Source: an uncultured bacterium
GTDB lineage: Bacteria; Gemmatimonadota; Gemmatimonadetes; Gemmatimonadales; Gemmatimonadaceae
Assembly (NCBI GenBank): GCA_963978095.1
Contig: CAXBQP010000032.1
Location: 1-36,492 of the forward strand
Direction of reading: 5' to 3'
DNA length: 36,492 nt
The position numbers and the translations under genes are program-made. A model generated the notes under the pieces. It was not told the DNA's origin. It searched no databases and saw nothing but the letters and a program-made list of their open reading frames with translations. This document shows, piece by piece, positions 9,375 to 20,318 of the stretch (position 1 is its first letter; every line of letters starts with the position of its first letter).

Positions 9375-9398
9375 CTGGACGACCTAGTACCAGTGGCA

Positions 9399-9764
9399 CT
9401 ACGTCAACCGGAACGCCGACGGAATATGACGTACAAAAACCCGGCGGTCGCGCACCAGCACACCCACGACATCGAACCGGTACGACTCCCCGCTTCGCCC
9501 GTGACGCTCGATCCAACTCTGCGCGGATTTCACGAGCTCCCGTTGCTTCCGACGGTTCACGGCTTCGACCGGATCGCCGAACTCGTCGCCATGTCGTGCC
9601 TTCACTTCCACGAATGCCACCACCCCGTCACGCTCGACCACCACGTCGATGTCGCGACGCCCGGACTTGAACCGGCGCGCGACAATCCGCCATCCCCCCT
9701 CTTGAAGCCACCGGGCGGCGATCCGCTCGCCCAGCTCTCCGAACGCATTGGTCGCTTTGGTCAT
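9399..9764 (-). CDS. yraN: YraN family (UPF0102) putative endonuclease
   Basis: GELGERIAARWL, DIDVV, VAFVEVKAR, EAVNRRKQ, YRFDVVGV. Confidence 0.92.
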   Translation of the reverse strand: MTKATNAFGELGERIAARWLQEGGWRIVARRFKSGRRDIDVVVERDGVVAFVEVKARHGDEFGDPVEAVNRRKQRELVKSAQSWIERHGRSGESYRFDVVGVLVRDRRVFVRHIPSAFRLT

Positions 9765-9786
9765 GGAGCTACGCTATCACGCGACA

Positions 9787-9819
9787 CGGGGCGCGACGGC
9801 ATCAATCCGTCGCGCCCCG
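9787..9819. terminator. Perfect 13-bp stem-loop between the hydrolase gene and yraN
   Basis: CGGGGCGCGACGG-catcaat-CCGTCGCGCCCCG, no U-tract. Confidence 0.5.
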
Positions 9820-9846
9820 AACCATTTCGCCGCCGCGTGGCTGATG

Positions 9847-10761
9847 TCAGGTCGCGGGCGCGCCGCGGGCAGGGTTCGCTGACGGAGAGAGACTGCTGCT
9901 GCTCCCGTTGCGCGGGCGCCCGTACTCCCGCGCCGCCCGACTGCCGAAGAACGCCGCCACCATCGCGATCACAGCCGGCGACTTGAGCATCCGGCGATGT
10001 CCTTCGGCTTCCACTTCCACCATCTGCGAGTTCCGGAAAGCCGCCGCGCAGGCGTGTCCTTCCGAGAGCGGGACCTCCGCGTCCCCGCGATCATGCACGA
10101 CAAGGACCGGAATCTCAACCCCTTGTACGAACGACGCGAAACGTGATTCGTCCACGGACACGCCGGTTCGCCGCGACATCTCGGCACGAAACGCCGAGCG
10201 AATGCGTGGCCCGAGATGCAGGACATCGCAGAAGCGGTCCAAGACCTCGGAGAGGTCCGACGGCGATCCCAGCAGGGCCACGCGCTCGACCTGGAGACCA
10301 CGACTCAACGCGATCGCCGTGGAGGGTCCCCCCATCGAATGCGCGACGATGCCGCGAAACGGACCGAGCGTGGCCTGGAGATCCATCAGCGCCCGAGCGA
10401 ACTCAAACGGGCCGGCCATGACACCCAGCGAGTCTCCGTGGGCAGGACCGTCGACGGCGATCACCCGGGCACCAAGCCCGCGCATCGGCGCGATGAAATG
10501 CCCGAGCTGCAGCCCTCGTCCCTCCCACCCATGCAACAGGATGATCGGCGGCCCCACCTTGGCACCGAACTCGGTGAGACTCAGCCCGGCTATCCGACGC
10601 GGACGCCCCTGCAGGGCGAGCTCGCGCTCCCAGGCCGGCGCCTCATGCCGTCGCGGCGTCGTGAACAAGTCGGCCACCAGCCGACCAGCCACCGCCGGCG
10701 CCACATGCTCCAGCGAACGCAGTAGTGCGATCCGGAACTTCAGCGAAAAGGAGAATAACAA
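9847..10761 (-). CDS. Alpha/beta fold hydrolase
   Basis: LLHGWEG oxyanion motif, VDGPAHGDS, AHSMGG nucleophile, HDRGDAEVP, GHRRML. Start placed at the TTG just after the ftsK stop (uncertain). Confidence 0.88.
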   Translation of the reverse strand: MLFSFSLKFRIALLRSLEHVAPAVAGRLVADLFTTPRRHEAPAWERELALQGRPRRIAGLSLTEFGAKVGPPIILLHGWEGRGLQLGHFIAPMRGLGARVIAVDGPAHGDSLGVMAGPFEFARALMDLQATLGPFRGIVAHSMGGPSTAIALSRGLQVERVALLGSPSDLSEVLDRFCDVLHLGPRIRSAFRAEMSRRTGVSVDESRFASFVQGVEIPVLVVHDRGDAEVPLSEGHACAAAFRNSQMVEVEAEGHRRMLKSPAVIAMVAAFFGSRAAREYGRPRNGSSSSLSPSANPARGAPAT

Positions 10762-10763
10762 CG

Positions 10764-13310
<2,547 letters not shown>

Positions 13311-13433
13311 TGAAGATCCTGGTGGCCGAAATGCCCCCCGCCGCACAACGGGGCGCCGTGCGGGCAGGAGTACCGATCTACTGACTCATTGGCGGCGGCT
13401 CAGGTCACGGAGCAGCGCGCCCGAACCGGCCGT

Positions 13434-14225
13434 TCAGAGCCCGCCGTCTCGGCCTGTCAGCACCAGACGCCGGCCGACCAACACTGGCACTACCGGATGC
13501 GCGTCGAGCTCGGCACAGGCCGCGAGATCGCGGGCGAACCCTGCGCGACGGAGGGTTCGGGCGTGGCTGGCGTCCGTGAACAGTAGGGACAGGTTCCTCA
13601 TGTAGGGGCGTTCGAGCAATCGCGCGACCCTGGCCGCATCATTGAGCCGAGGCGTGAATCGAGCGGAGTGCGCCCGGCTATTCGCCACGGACACCACGGC
13701 ACGCCGGACGAATCGCCCCGCACAGACGGCATCTTCGAGTGAGAACTGCCCCTCACTGCCGGCGCAGATGACCGCCACACTCGTTCCGGCACGAAGGGCC
13801 GCTGTCAGCTCGCGCAACACAACGGAGAAGTTGACGAATGAACCGACCACCAGGCGCGATGCGCCTCGACGGCCCGCAAGAATCGCACGAGTGCCGTTGG
13901 TGGTGGTGGTCACCACCGACTTGCCGGCCACGATGGACGCCCTGTACTCGCGTGGCGAGTTCCCGAGATCGAATCCGGCGATGCGCTCGGCGTTTCGCTC
14001 TCCTCCCAGCACGCTCGTCGCACGCCCCACGGTTCGTGCGACGCGTCGCGCATCCGCGGGTTCAGCCACGGCCCACACGGCGCGGGCCCCGTGATGGAGC
14101 GCGGTCGTTATGGTGGTGGACGCCCGTAGCACGTCGATGACCACGACGAAGCGCCCGGTGGTATCCGGGCGCTTCAAATGCGAGTGTCCGAAATGCACGT
14201 CCAACGCCGGCACGGCGTTCGTCAC
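13434..14225 (-). CDS. comB: 2-phosphosulfolactate phosphatase family protein
   Basis: [45 protein letters not shown] start overlaps the accC TGA. Confidence 0.9.
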   Translation of the reverse strand: MTNAVPALDVHFGHSHLKRPDTTGRFVVVIDVLRASTTITTALHHGARAVWAVAEPADARRVARTVGRATSVLGGERNAERIAGFDLGNSPREYRASIVAGKSVVTTTTNGTRAILAGRRGASRLVVGSFVNFSVVLRELTAALRAGTSVAVICAGSEGQFSLEDAVCAGRFVRRAVVSVANSRAHSARFTPRLNDAARVARLLERPYMRNLSLLFTDASHARTLRRAGFARDLAACAELDAHPVVPVLVGRRLVLTGRDGGL

Positions 14226-15595
14226 CCCTTGGACGGTGTGGCGAGCTCCTTCAGCAAGTACGCCCCTTCCTGCTCGAGGAACTTCGTATGGAAGTCCCCC
14301 TTCGCGAAGTGCGCGTCGCGCATCACCTTGCCGAGGAAGGGGACCGTCGTGGTCACCCCCTGCACGATGAACGATTCGAGCGCGAGCTTCATCTTGGCGA
14401 TCGCCTCGTCGCGATCGCACCCGTGCACGATGAGCTTGGCGATCATCGAGTCGTAGAACGGTGGCACGGTGTACCCAGCATAGGCATGCGTATCCACGCG
14501 CACGCCGTTGCCGCCCGGCACGTTGAATACGTCGATCTTTCCCGGCGACGGCTGGAAGTTCCGCATCGGGTCCTCGGCGTTCACGCGGCACTCGATCACG
14601 TGCCCGCGCAGCGTCGGGGTCTCCTTCTCCCGCATCGGCATCCCCGCCGCGACGCGGATCTGTTCCTTCACGAGATCCACTCCGGTCAGCATCTCGGTCA
14701 CGGGATGCTCCACCTGGATGCGCGTGTTCATCTCCATGAAGAAGAACTCGCCGTTCGCATCAAGGAGCATCTCGATCGTGCCGGCCCCCACGTAGTTGAT
14801 TGCCTTGGCTCCGCGCACGGCCGCCTCGCCCATCGCTGCACGCAACGCGGGAGTGAGGGCGGGACTCGGCGCCTCCTCGATCAGCTTCTGGTGACGGCGC
14901 TGGATGGAGCAGTCGCGCTCGCCGAGGTGGATCACATTGCCGTGGGTGTCGCCGAGGATCTGGAACTCGATGTGCCGCGAGCGTTCGAGGTATTTCTCGA
15001 CGTACACATCGCCGTTGCCGAAGGCCGAGAGCGCTTCGGAGCGGGCGAGCTGAAAGGACCGGGCGAAATCGTCAGCGTCGCGCGCGACGCGCATCCCCTT
15101 CCCGCCCCCGCCCGCGGCGGCCTTGATGATCACCGGGAAGCCGGCCTTCACCGCGAACGCCAGCGCCTCGTCCACGTCGTCGATCGGCCCCGGGGTCCCC
15201 GGAACGATCGGCACGCCGCAGTCGGCCATCGTCTTTCGTGCCGTGGCCTTGTCGCCCATCATGCGGATCTGGTGCGGCGTTGGCCCGATGAAGGCGATCC
15301 CGGAGGCGGCACAGATCTCGGCGAACTCCGCATTCTCGGCGAGGAATCCATACCCCGGATGAATCGCATCCGCCCCCGTGATCTCGGCAGCCGCGATCAG
15401 GCGCGGGATCTTGAGATAGCTCTCGCGCGCCGGCGCGGGACCGAGACAGACATCATCGTCGGCGAATCGGACATGCAACGACTCGCGATCGGCCTCGGAG
15501 TAGACCGCCACGGTCTCGATGCCGAGTTCCCGCGCGGCACGAATGATCCGGAGCGCGATTTCGCCGCGATTCGCAATGAGAATCTTCTTGAACAT
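14222..15595 (-). CDS. accC: Acetyl-CoA carboxylase, biotin carboxylase subunit
   Basis: [65 protein letters not shown]. Confidence 0.98.
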   Translation of the reverse strand: MFKKILIANRGEIALRIIRAARELGIETVAVYSEADRESLHVRFADDDVCLGPAPARESYLKIPRLIAAAEITGADAIHPGYGFLAENAEFAEICAASGIAFIGPTPHQIRMMGDKATARKTMADCGVPIVPGTPGPIDDVDEALAFAVKAGFPVIIKAAAGGGGKGMRVARDADDFARSFQLARSEALSAFGNGDVYVEKYLERSRHIEFQILGDTHGNVIHLGERDCSIQRRHQKLIEEAPSPALTPALRAAMGEAAVRGAKAINYVGAGTIEMLLDANGEFFFMEMNTRIQVEHPVTEMLTGVDLVKEQIRVAAGMPMREKETPTLRGHVIECRVNAEDPMRNFQPSPGKIDVFNVPGGNGVRVDTHAYAGYTVPPFYDSMIAKLIVHGCDRDEAIAKMKLALESFIVQGVTTTVPFLGKVMRDAHFAKGDFHTKFLEQEGAYLLKELATPSKG

Positions 15596-15626
15596 CAGTA
15601 ACGTTCCTGGTGGGCGGAACGCGACA

Positions 15627-16838
15627 TCACGAGGCCACGTCCTGCTGGAAGGCATTGAAGCTCGTGTCGCTGGCGCCGGCAATCCCCTGCACCCGCAGGG
15701 CGAACTCGCTGGGGCTCGTGGCGTAGAAGAGCGCGCTCTCGTACGAGATCACGCCTTTCTGATACCAGTTCATGAGCGATTGGTCGAAGCTCTGCATCCC
15801 GTACTGCACCGTCCCCTCGCGGATGAGATCGGGGATGTTGAGCGTTTTCGTCATGTCGCGGATGTTGTCGCGCACCGCGGCGGTGTTGACGAGGACTTCG
15901 CACGCCGGGATGCGGCCGCCGCGATCCGCGCGGGGCACGAGCCGAAGCGACACCACCGCCTGCAGCGCCTGACTCAGCGAGAATCGGACGTCGGCCTGTT
16001 GATGCGGCGGATAGAACGACAGGATACGGCTGATCGTCTGCGTGGCATCCGTGGTGTGCAGCGTGCTGAAGACCAGGTGCCCCGTGTCCGCCGCCTTGAG
16101 CGCGATCTCCAGCGTCTCGAGGTCGCGGATCTCACCGATCAGCACGATATCCGGGTCCTGCCGGAGCACGCGACGGAGCGCCTGCGCGAACGATCCGGTG
16201 TCGCTGCCGACCTCACGCTGATTGATGTGACAGTTGATGTCGCGGTGCAGGAACTCGATCGGGTCCTCGATGGTGATCACATTCGCGTGCCGATGCTCGT
16301 TCACGTACTGCAACATCGACGCGAGTGCGGTCGACTTCCCGGACCCAGTGATCCCCGTGACCAGCACCAGCCCGCGCGGCTTCATCACGATGTCTTCGAG
16401 CACCGGCGGCAGGTTCAAGTCGCGCAGTGACAGCGCCTGAAAGGCGATCGCCCGAAACGCGTAGGCGATCGAGCCCCGTTGCTGGTACATGTTCACGCGG
16501 AACCGCCCGATGCCGGGGACGCCGATCGCGAAATCGGCTTCCTTCTCGGCGTCGTACTCCCGCCGCTGCTTGGGCGGGAGGATCTGTTCCCCGATCGACC
16601 GCAAATCCTCGGGGCGCAGCGGCGGGAACTCGAGCGCCGTCAGCTCGCCGTCGAGCCGGATCGTCGGCGGTCGTCCCAGCTTCAGATGCAGGTCGGACGC
16701 GTGACGCTGCACCATGACCTGAAGCATGGCTTTGTAATCGTACGGCGGGAGCGGTGGCGCCGCGGACGCGCCTGCGGCGCCCGCGGGGACAGCTGGTGCC
16801 GCCGCGGGTGCGGGACGGCCCGCGCCCGGCTCAGCCAT
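15627..16838 (-). CDS. PilT/PilU family type IV pilus retraction ATPase
   Basis: ASDLHL, RFRVN, Walker [56 protein letters not shown] overlaps the accB end by 8 nt. Confidence 0.95.
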   Translation of the reverse strand: MAEPGAGRPAPAAAPAVPAGAAGASAAPPLPPYDYKAMLQVMVQRHASDLHLKLGRPPTIRLDGELTALEFPPLRPEDLRSIGEQILPPKQRREYDAEKEADFAIGVPGIGRFRVNMYQQRGSIAYAFRAIAFQALSLRDLNLPPVLEDIVMKPRGLVLVTGITGSGKSTALASMLQYVNEHRHANVITIEDPIEFLHRDINCHINQREVGSDTGSFAQALRRVLRQDPDIVLIGEIRDLETLEIALKAADTGHLVFSTLHTTDATQTISRILSFYPPHQQADVRFSLSQALQAVVSLRLVPRADRGGRIPACEVLVNTAAVRDNIRDMTKTLNIPDLIREGTVQYGMQSFDQSLMNWYQKGVISYESALFYATSPSEFALRVQGIAGASDTSFNAFQQDVAS

Positions 16839-17325
16839 TCGGTTCGATCTTGAAGAGGACCTGCCCGTACTCCACCGGATGCGCATCCGTCGCGCTGATG
16901 GCGCGTACGGTGCCGGCGTACTCGGACTCGATCTCATTCATGATCTTCATCGCCTCGATGATGCAGAGGGTCTGTCCCTTGCTGATCTTGTCGCCCACGG
17001 AAACGTACGGCTTGGCCCCCGGCTCGGGGGCGCCGTAGAAGGTCCCGACCATCGGCGACTTGATATCCAGCGTGTTCGCCTTCGGCGCCTCCACAACCAC
17101 CGGCTCCACGGCCGCGGCGGGCTGCGGCGTACCGGCCGCGGGCGACAGCCGCGGCTCGGCGGGCATCATCGGCTGCACCGGCGCGGCCATCTGAACCACC
17201 CCGCGCTGAGAGGCCGTCTTGCTGATGCGGATCTTCATCCCCTTGTCGGACGAGATCTCGATCGAGTCCACCGACGACTCGTCGAGCATCTCGACCAGCT
17301 TCTTGACGTACCGGAGGTCAATCAT
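16831..17325 (-). CDS. accB: Biotin carboxyl carrier protein
   Basis: IKSPMVGTFY, CIIEAMKIMNEIE (biotinyl lysine), VEYGQVLF, Ala/Pro-rich linker. Confidence 0.97.
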   Translation of the reverse strand: MIDLRYVKKLVEMLDESSVDSIEISSDKGMKIRISKTASQRGVVQMAAPVQPMMPAEPRLSPAAGTPQPAAAVEPVVVEAPKANTLDIKSPMVGTFYGAPEPGAKPYVSVGDKISKGQTLCIIEAMKIMNEIESEYAGTVRAISATDAHPVEYGQVLFKIEPNG

Positions 17326-17371
17326 ATGCATGCCTAGCAGAAGTCCGATGACGATTCGCGACCCGAACGGG

Positions 17372-18463
17372 TCAGCCGATCACCATCAGGTCGCGTGAGA
17401 AAGCAGTCAGTACTCGGGGCCCTTCGCGAGTCAGCAACACGTCGTCCTCGATCCGCACCCCACCCCACCCCGGACGGTAGATCCCGGGTTCGATCGTCAC
17501 CACGGCATCCTGCGGGAGTGGCGTCTCCACCGACTTGGCGAGCCGAGGCGCCTCATGCACCTCGAGACCGATCCCGTGTCCCAACGAGTGGCCGAACGCC
17601 TCCCCCCAACCGCGCCGCTGAATGTAGCCCCGTGCAAGCGCATCGGCATCCCTGCCCCGCATTCCGGCCCGAACACCTCCCGAAGCGCTGGCGTTTGCCT
17701 CCCGCACGATGTCGTGCATCTCCTGCATCTCCGGGCTCGCGCTCGCCACGGCGAAGGTGCGTGTGATGTCCGAACAGTATCCGCGTACCACCGCCCCGAA
17801 GTCGATCAGCAGGAACTCCTCGGGCCGAATGATCCGGTCGCTCGCCCGCGCATGGGGGAGCGCGGACCGGGGACCGCTGGCGACGATCACCTCGAAGGGA
17901 TGCGATTCGCTTCCCGCCGCACGCAGTTCACGCTCGAGGATGCCGGCGATCTCCAACTCCGTTTGGCCGACTTCCACCTGGGCGATGGTGCGCGCGAGCG
18001 CGAGCTCCCCGGCCGTCACTGCGTCGCGGATCGCGGCGACCTCCGCCGCATCCTTCTGCTCGCGGAGCGCTTCGACGAGGTTCACCGATGGACGCCACTC
18101 CCACCGGCCGCCTCCTTTGGCGGCGTCGAAGAGCCGTTGGGTATCGGCATGGGACATGTGGGCGGACTCGAAGGCGAGTGACGCCACCCCCAACTCCGGA
18201 AGGATCTCCCACAGACGACTCCACAGCGACGTTGCTTCGATCACCACATGCGCCGCCGTCGCGACCTCCTCCGGCGCCTGCGTGGCATAGCGGAAATCGG
18301 TCAGGAAGAGGGCATCCTTGGCGGTGACGACCAACAGCGCGCTCGATCCCGAGAATCCTGTCAGGTATCGGATATTCGGGAGTGCCGTCACCAACAGCCC
18401 GTCCAGCCCGGAGGCATCGAGCGACGTGCGAAGGGCGGCGATCCGCGCGTGCGTACGGTCCAT
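17372..18463 (-). CDS. Xaa-Pro aminopeptidase (M24B family)
   Basis: NIRYLTGFSGS, TDFRY, LIDFGA..GYCSDITRT, HSLGHGIGLEVHE, TIEPGIY, GVRIEDD. TGATG overlap with aroQ. Confidence 0.95.
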   Translation of the reverse strand: MDRTHARIAALRTSLDASGLDGLLVTALPNIRYLTGFSGSSALLVVTAKDALFLTDFRYATQAPEEVATAAHVVIEATSLWSRLWEILPELGVASLAFESAHMSHADTQRLFDAAKGGGRWEWRPSVNLVEALREQKDAAEVAAIRDAVTAGELALARTIAQVEVGQTELEIAGILERELRAAGSESHPFEVIVASGPRSALPHARASDRIIRPEEFLLIDFGAVVRGYCSDITRTFAVASASPEMQEMHDIVREANASASGGVRAGMRGRDADALARGYIQRRGWGEAFGHSLGHGIGLEVHEAPRLAKSVETPLPQDAVVTIEPGIYRPGWGGVRIEDDVLLTREGPRVLTAFSRDLMVIG

Positions 18464-18966
18464 CAGCGCGACGCGGGGGACGACTGAGCCGCCGCCGCCC
18501 GCATCTGTGCCACCAGGGCACGCAGCGCCATCTCGTAACCGGCCACACCGAACCCACACACCACCGCGCGCGCTGCTGGCGCCAGCATCGAGTGCCGCCG
18601 TTCGGGATCGCGCGCGTAGATGTTGCTGATATGCACTTCGACGAACGGCAGAGCCACGCCGGCCAAGGCATCGCGCAGGGCCAGACTGGTGTGCGTCCAC
18701 GCTCCCGCGTTCACCAACGCGGCATCAGCCTTCTGCCGGAACGCGGGCGCAACGCCGGGAGCACTCGGTTGCCCCCCCAGTGCGTGAATGGCGTCGAGGC
18801 AATCCCCTTCGTGGTTGAACTGCGCGCAGACGAGTTCCACGCCGAGTTCTGCCGCGATGTCCGTCAACCGCGCCTCGATCTCGGCGAGGGTCGTGCTCCC
18901 GTACACCGCCGGCTCGCGCGTGCCCAGCAGGTTGAGATTCGGACCATTCAGCACCGCGATACGCAT
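18463..18966 (-). CDS. aroQ: Type II 3-dehydroquinate dehydratase
   Basis: LNGPNLNLLGTREPAVYG, NHEG, HTSLALRDA, VEVHISNIYAR. Confidence 0.96.
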   Translation of the reverse strand: MRIAVLNGPNLNLLGTREPAVYGSTTLAEIEARLTDIAAELGVELVCAQFNHEGDCLDAIHALGGQPSAPGVAPAFRQKADAALVNAGAWTHTSLALRDALAGVALPFVEVHISNIYARDPERRHSMLAPAARAVVCGFGVAGYEMALRALVAQMRAAAAQSSPASR

Positions 18967-20147
18967 CAGGAGTCCCCGACGGCCTGGAGGAATGTGGAGA
19001 GGACGAGCGCCGCCTCCTCGTCGGACGCGGCCGGTGTCGCATGACCGAAGAACGCGTCGATCGAACGGTCGCCTCGCAGCGGCGCAGCGATCACCGGCGC
19101 AGCGACCGGCGGCGGGGCGACCGGCGGCGGGGCGACCGGCTGACGCTCCGAGAGCCGCGAGAAATAGTCGCGTGCCGTCATGCCCGCGACGGCGCCCACC
19201 GACCGCGGCGGCACTGCACGCGCTGCGGTCGGAATGGGGAACTCCTGCGTTCGCGTCGGCATCGCCGGTGCCGGCATGAGCGCCCGGATCCGGATCTTGA
19301 GGGCCTCGTCATCCGGACGTTGCAGGGCCAACTGCTGGTACACCTCCAGCGCGCGCTCCGTGTGCCCCTGCTGCAGATAGAGCTCGGCCATGGTCGCCGT
19401 GACGAACGGTGATCCGCGGTCTTCCGGGGGCTCGGCGAAGGGGTCCTCGAACGTGACCGGCTCCTCGGCGGGAAGGGTTTCCGAGAACCGCGGCGCGGCA
19501 TCGTCCTCCAGCCCTTCGTGGGGGGACGCACCGAACACGACCGTATCGTCGGTGGCCGCAGACGTGCTTTCGAAACCAAAGACCGGGGCATCGGCGGACG
19601 CGACCGCATTTGCGGGGAGTTCGCCGAAATCAGGCAGCTCCAGCGCCACGATGGACGGTTCCGCCGGCTCGGCCGCGACCTGCGGCGGAGCGTCGTCGTC
19701 CGGGACGGCGATGAACGGGAGCGCGGAGGCTTCCCCGGCCCCCTCGTTCGTCGCGTCGATTGCGGCCAGGAGCTGCAGGACCTCTTCGTTCCGAGGATCG
19801 GCGTCGAGGATGCGGCGAAACCAGTCGCGGGCGCCCGCGAGGTCACCGTGAATCCGCGAGATGTCGCCCAAATGACGCAATGCGATCAGGTTTTCCGGGT
19901 CGAGTGCCACGGCGTTGGCGAAGGTCGCAGCGGCGTCCTCGAGGCGACCCGCCTCGAACAGTGCCTGTCCGTAGACCACATGGCCGTTCATGTTCGACGG
20001 CTGTTCCGCCAGGTGGCGTTCACAGATGCCGATGGCCATCTGGAGATCACCCGTTTTGCGGAACTCGTTCGCCAAGGGCGCGAAAAAGCGACGCGGGTTC
20101 TCGTTGTACCGCTTCTTCAGTTCGTTCAGCCGCGCGGAGGCACTCAT
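18966..20147 (-). CDS. Tetratricopeptide repeat protein with acidic linker
   Basis: N-terminal TPRs (FAPLANEFRKTG, YGQALFEAG, LDPENLIALRHLG), acidic/Pro linker, C-terminal TPR TATMAELYLQQGH. TGATG overlap with aroQ. Confidence 0.88.
   Translation of the reverse strand: MSASARLNELKKRYNENPRRFFAPLANEFRKTGDLQMAIGICERHLAEQPSNMNGHVVYGQALFEAGRLEDAAATFANAVALDPENLIALRHLGDISRIHGDLAGARDWFRRILDADPRNEEVLQLLAAIDATNEGAGEASALPFIAVPDDDAPPQVAAEPAEPSIVALELPDFGELPANAVASADAPVFGFESTSAATDDTVVFGASPHEGLEDDAAPRFSETLPAEEPVTFEDPFAEPPEDRGSPFVTATMAELYLQQGHTERALEVYQQLALQRPDDEALKIRIRALMPAPAMPTRTQEFPIPTAARAVPPRSVGAVAGMTARDYFSRLSERQPVAPPPVAPPPVAAPVIAAPLRGDRSIDAFFGHATPAASDEEAALVLSTFLQAVGDS
19102..19140. repeat. 15-bp in-frame tandem repeat (about 2.6 copies) encoding PVAPP
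   Basis: GCGACCGGCGGCGGG twice, followed by GCGACCGGC. Confidence 0.85.
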
Positions 20148-20185
20148 CGGAATCCCTCGGGGGGACCGCCCCCGTACGTTCGCGC

Positions 20186-20261
20186 ATATTGCAGTGATTT
20201 CGGGGGGAAGTCAATCAGAAGTGTAGTATTGACTTGATTTTAGGTCGGCACGCCGGATAAT
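20186..20261. promoter_or_regulatory. Divergent sigma70-like promoters
   Basis: Minus: TTGACT(20214-20209)-N17-CAATAT. Plus: TTGATT(20234-20239)-N16-GATAAT. AT-rich island between divergent genes. Confidence 0.55.
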
Positions 20262-20318
20262 TTGCGAGGTTCTACCGAACTGCTGGTCCTTTCACGATTC
20301 TGCAACAGGGTACAATCC

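Larger units (their letters stand above)
9222..9396. repeat. Perfect 12-bp inverted repeat pair
   Basis: CCACTGGTACTA (9222-9233) and TAGTACCAGTGG (9385-9396). Confidence 0.75.

Noticed and set aside
13434..14225. Coenzyme M biosynthesis implied by comB
   Set aside because: Orphan comB homologues are common in bacteria, and no comA/comC/comDE is present here.
19081..19140. CRISPR-like repeats
   Set aside because: Contiguous in-frame coding repeats without spacers, and no cas genes.
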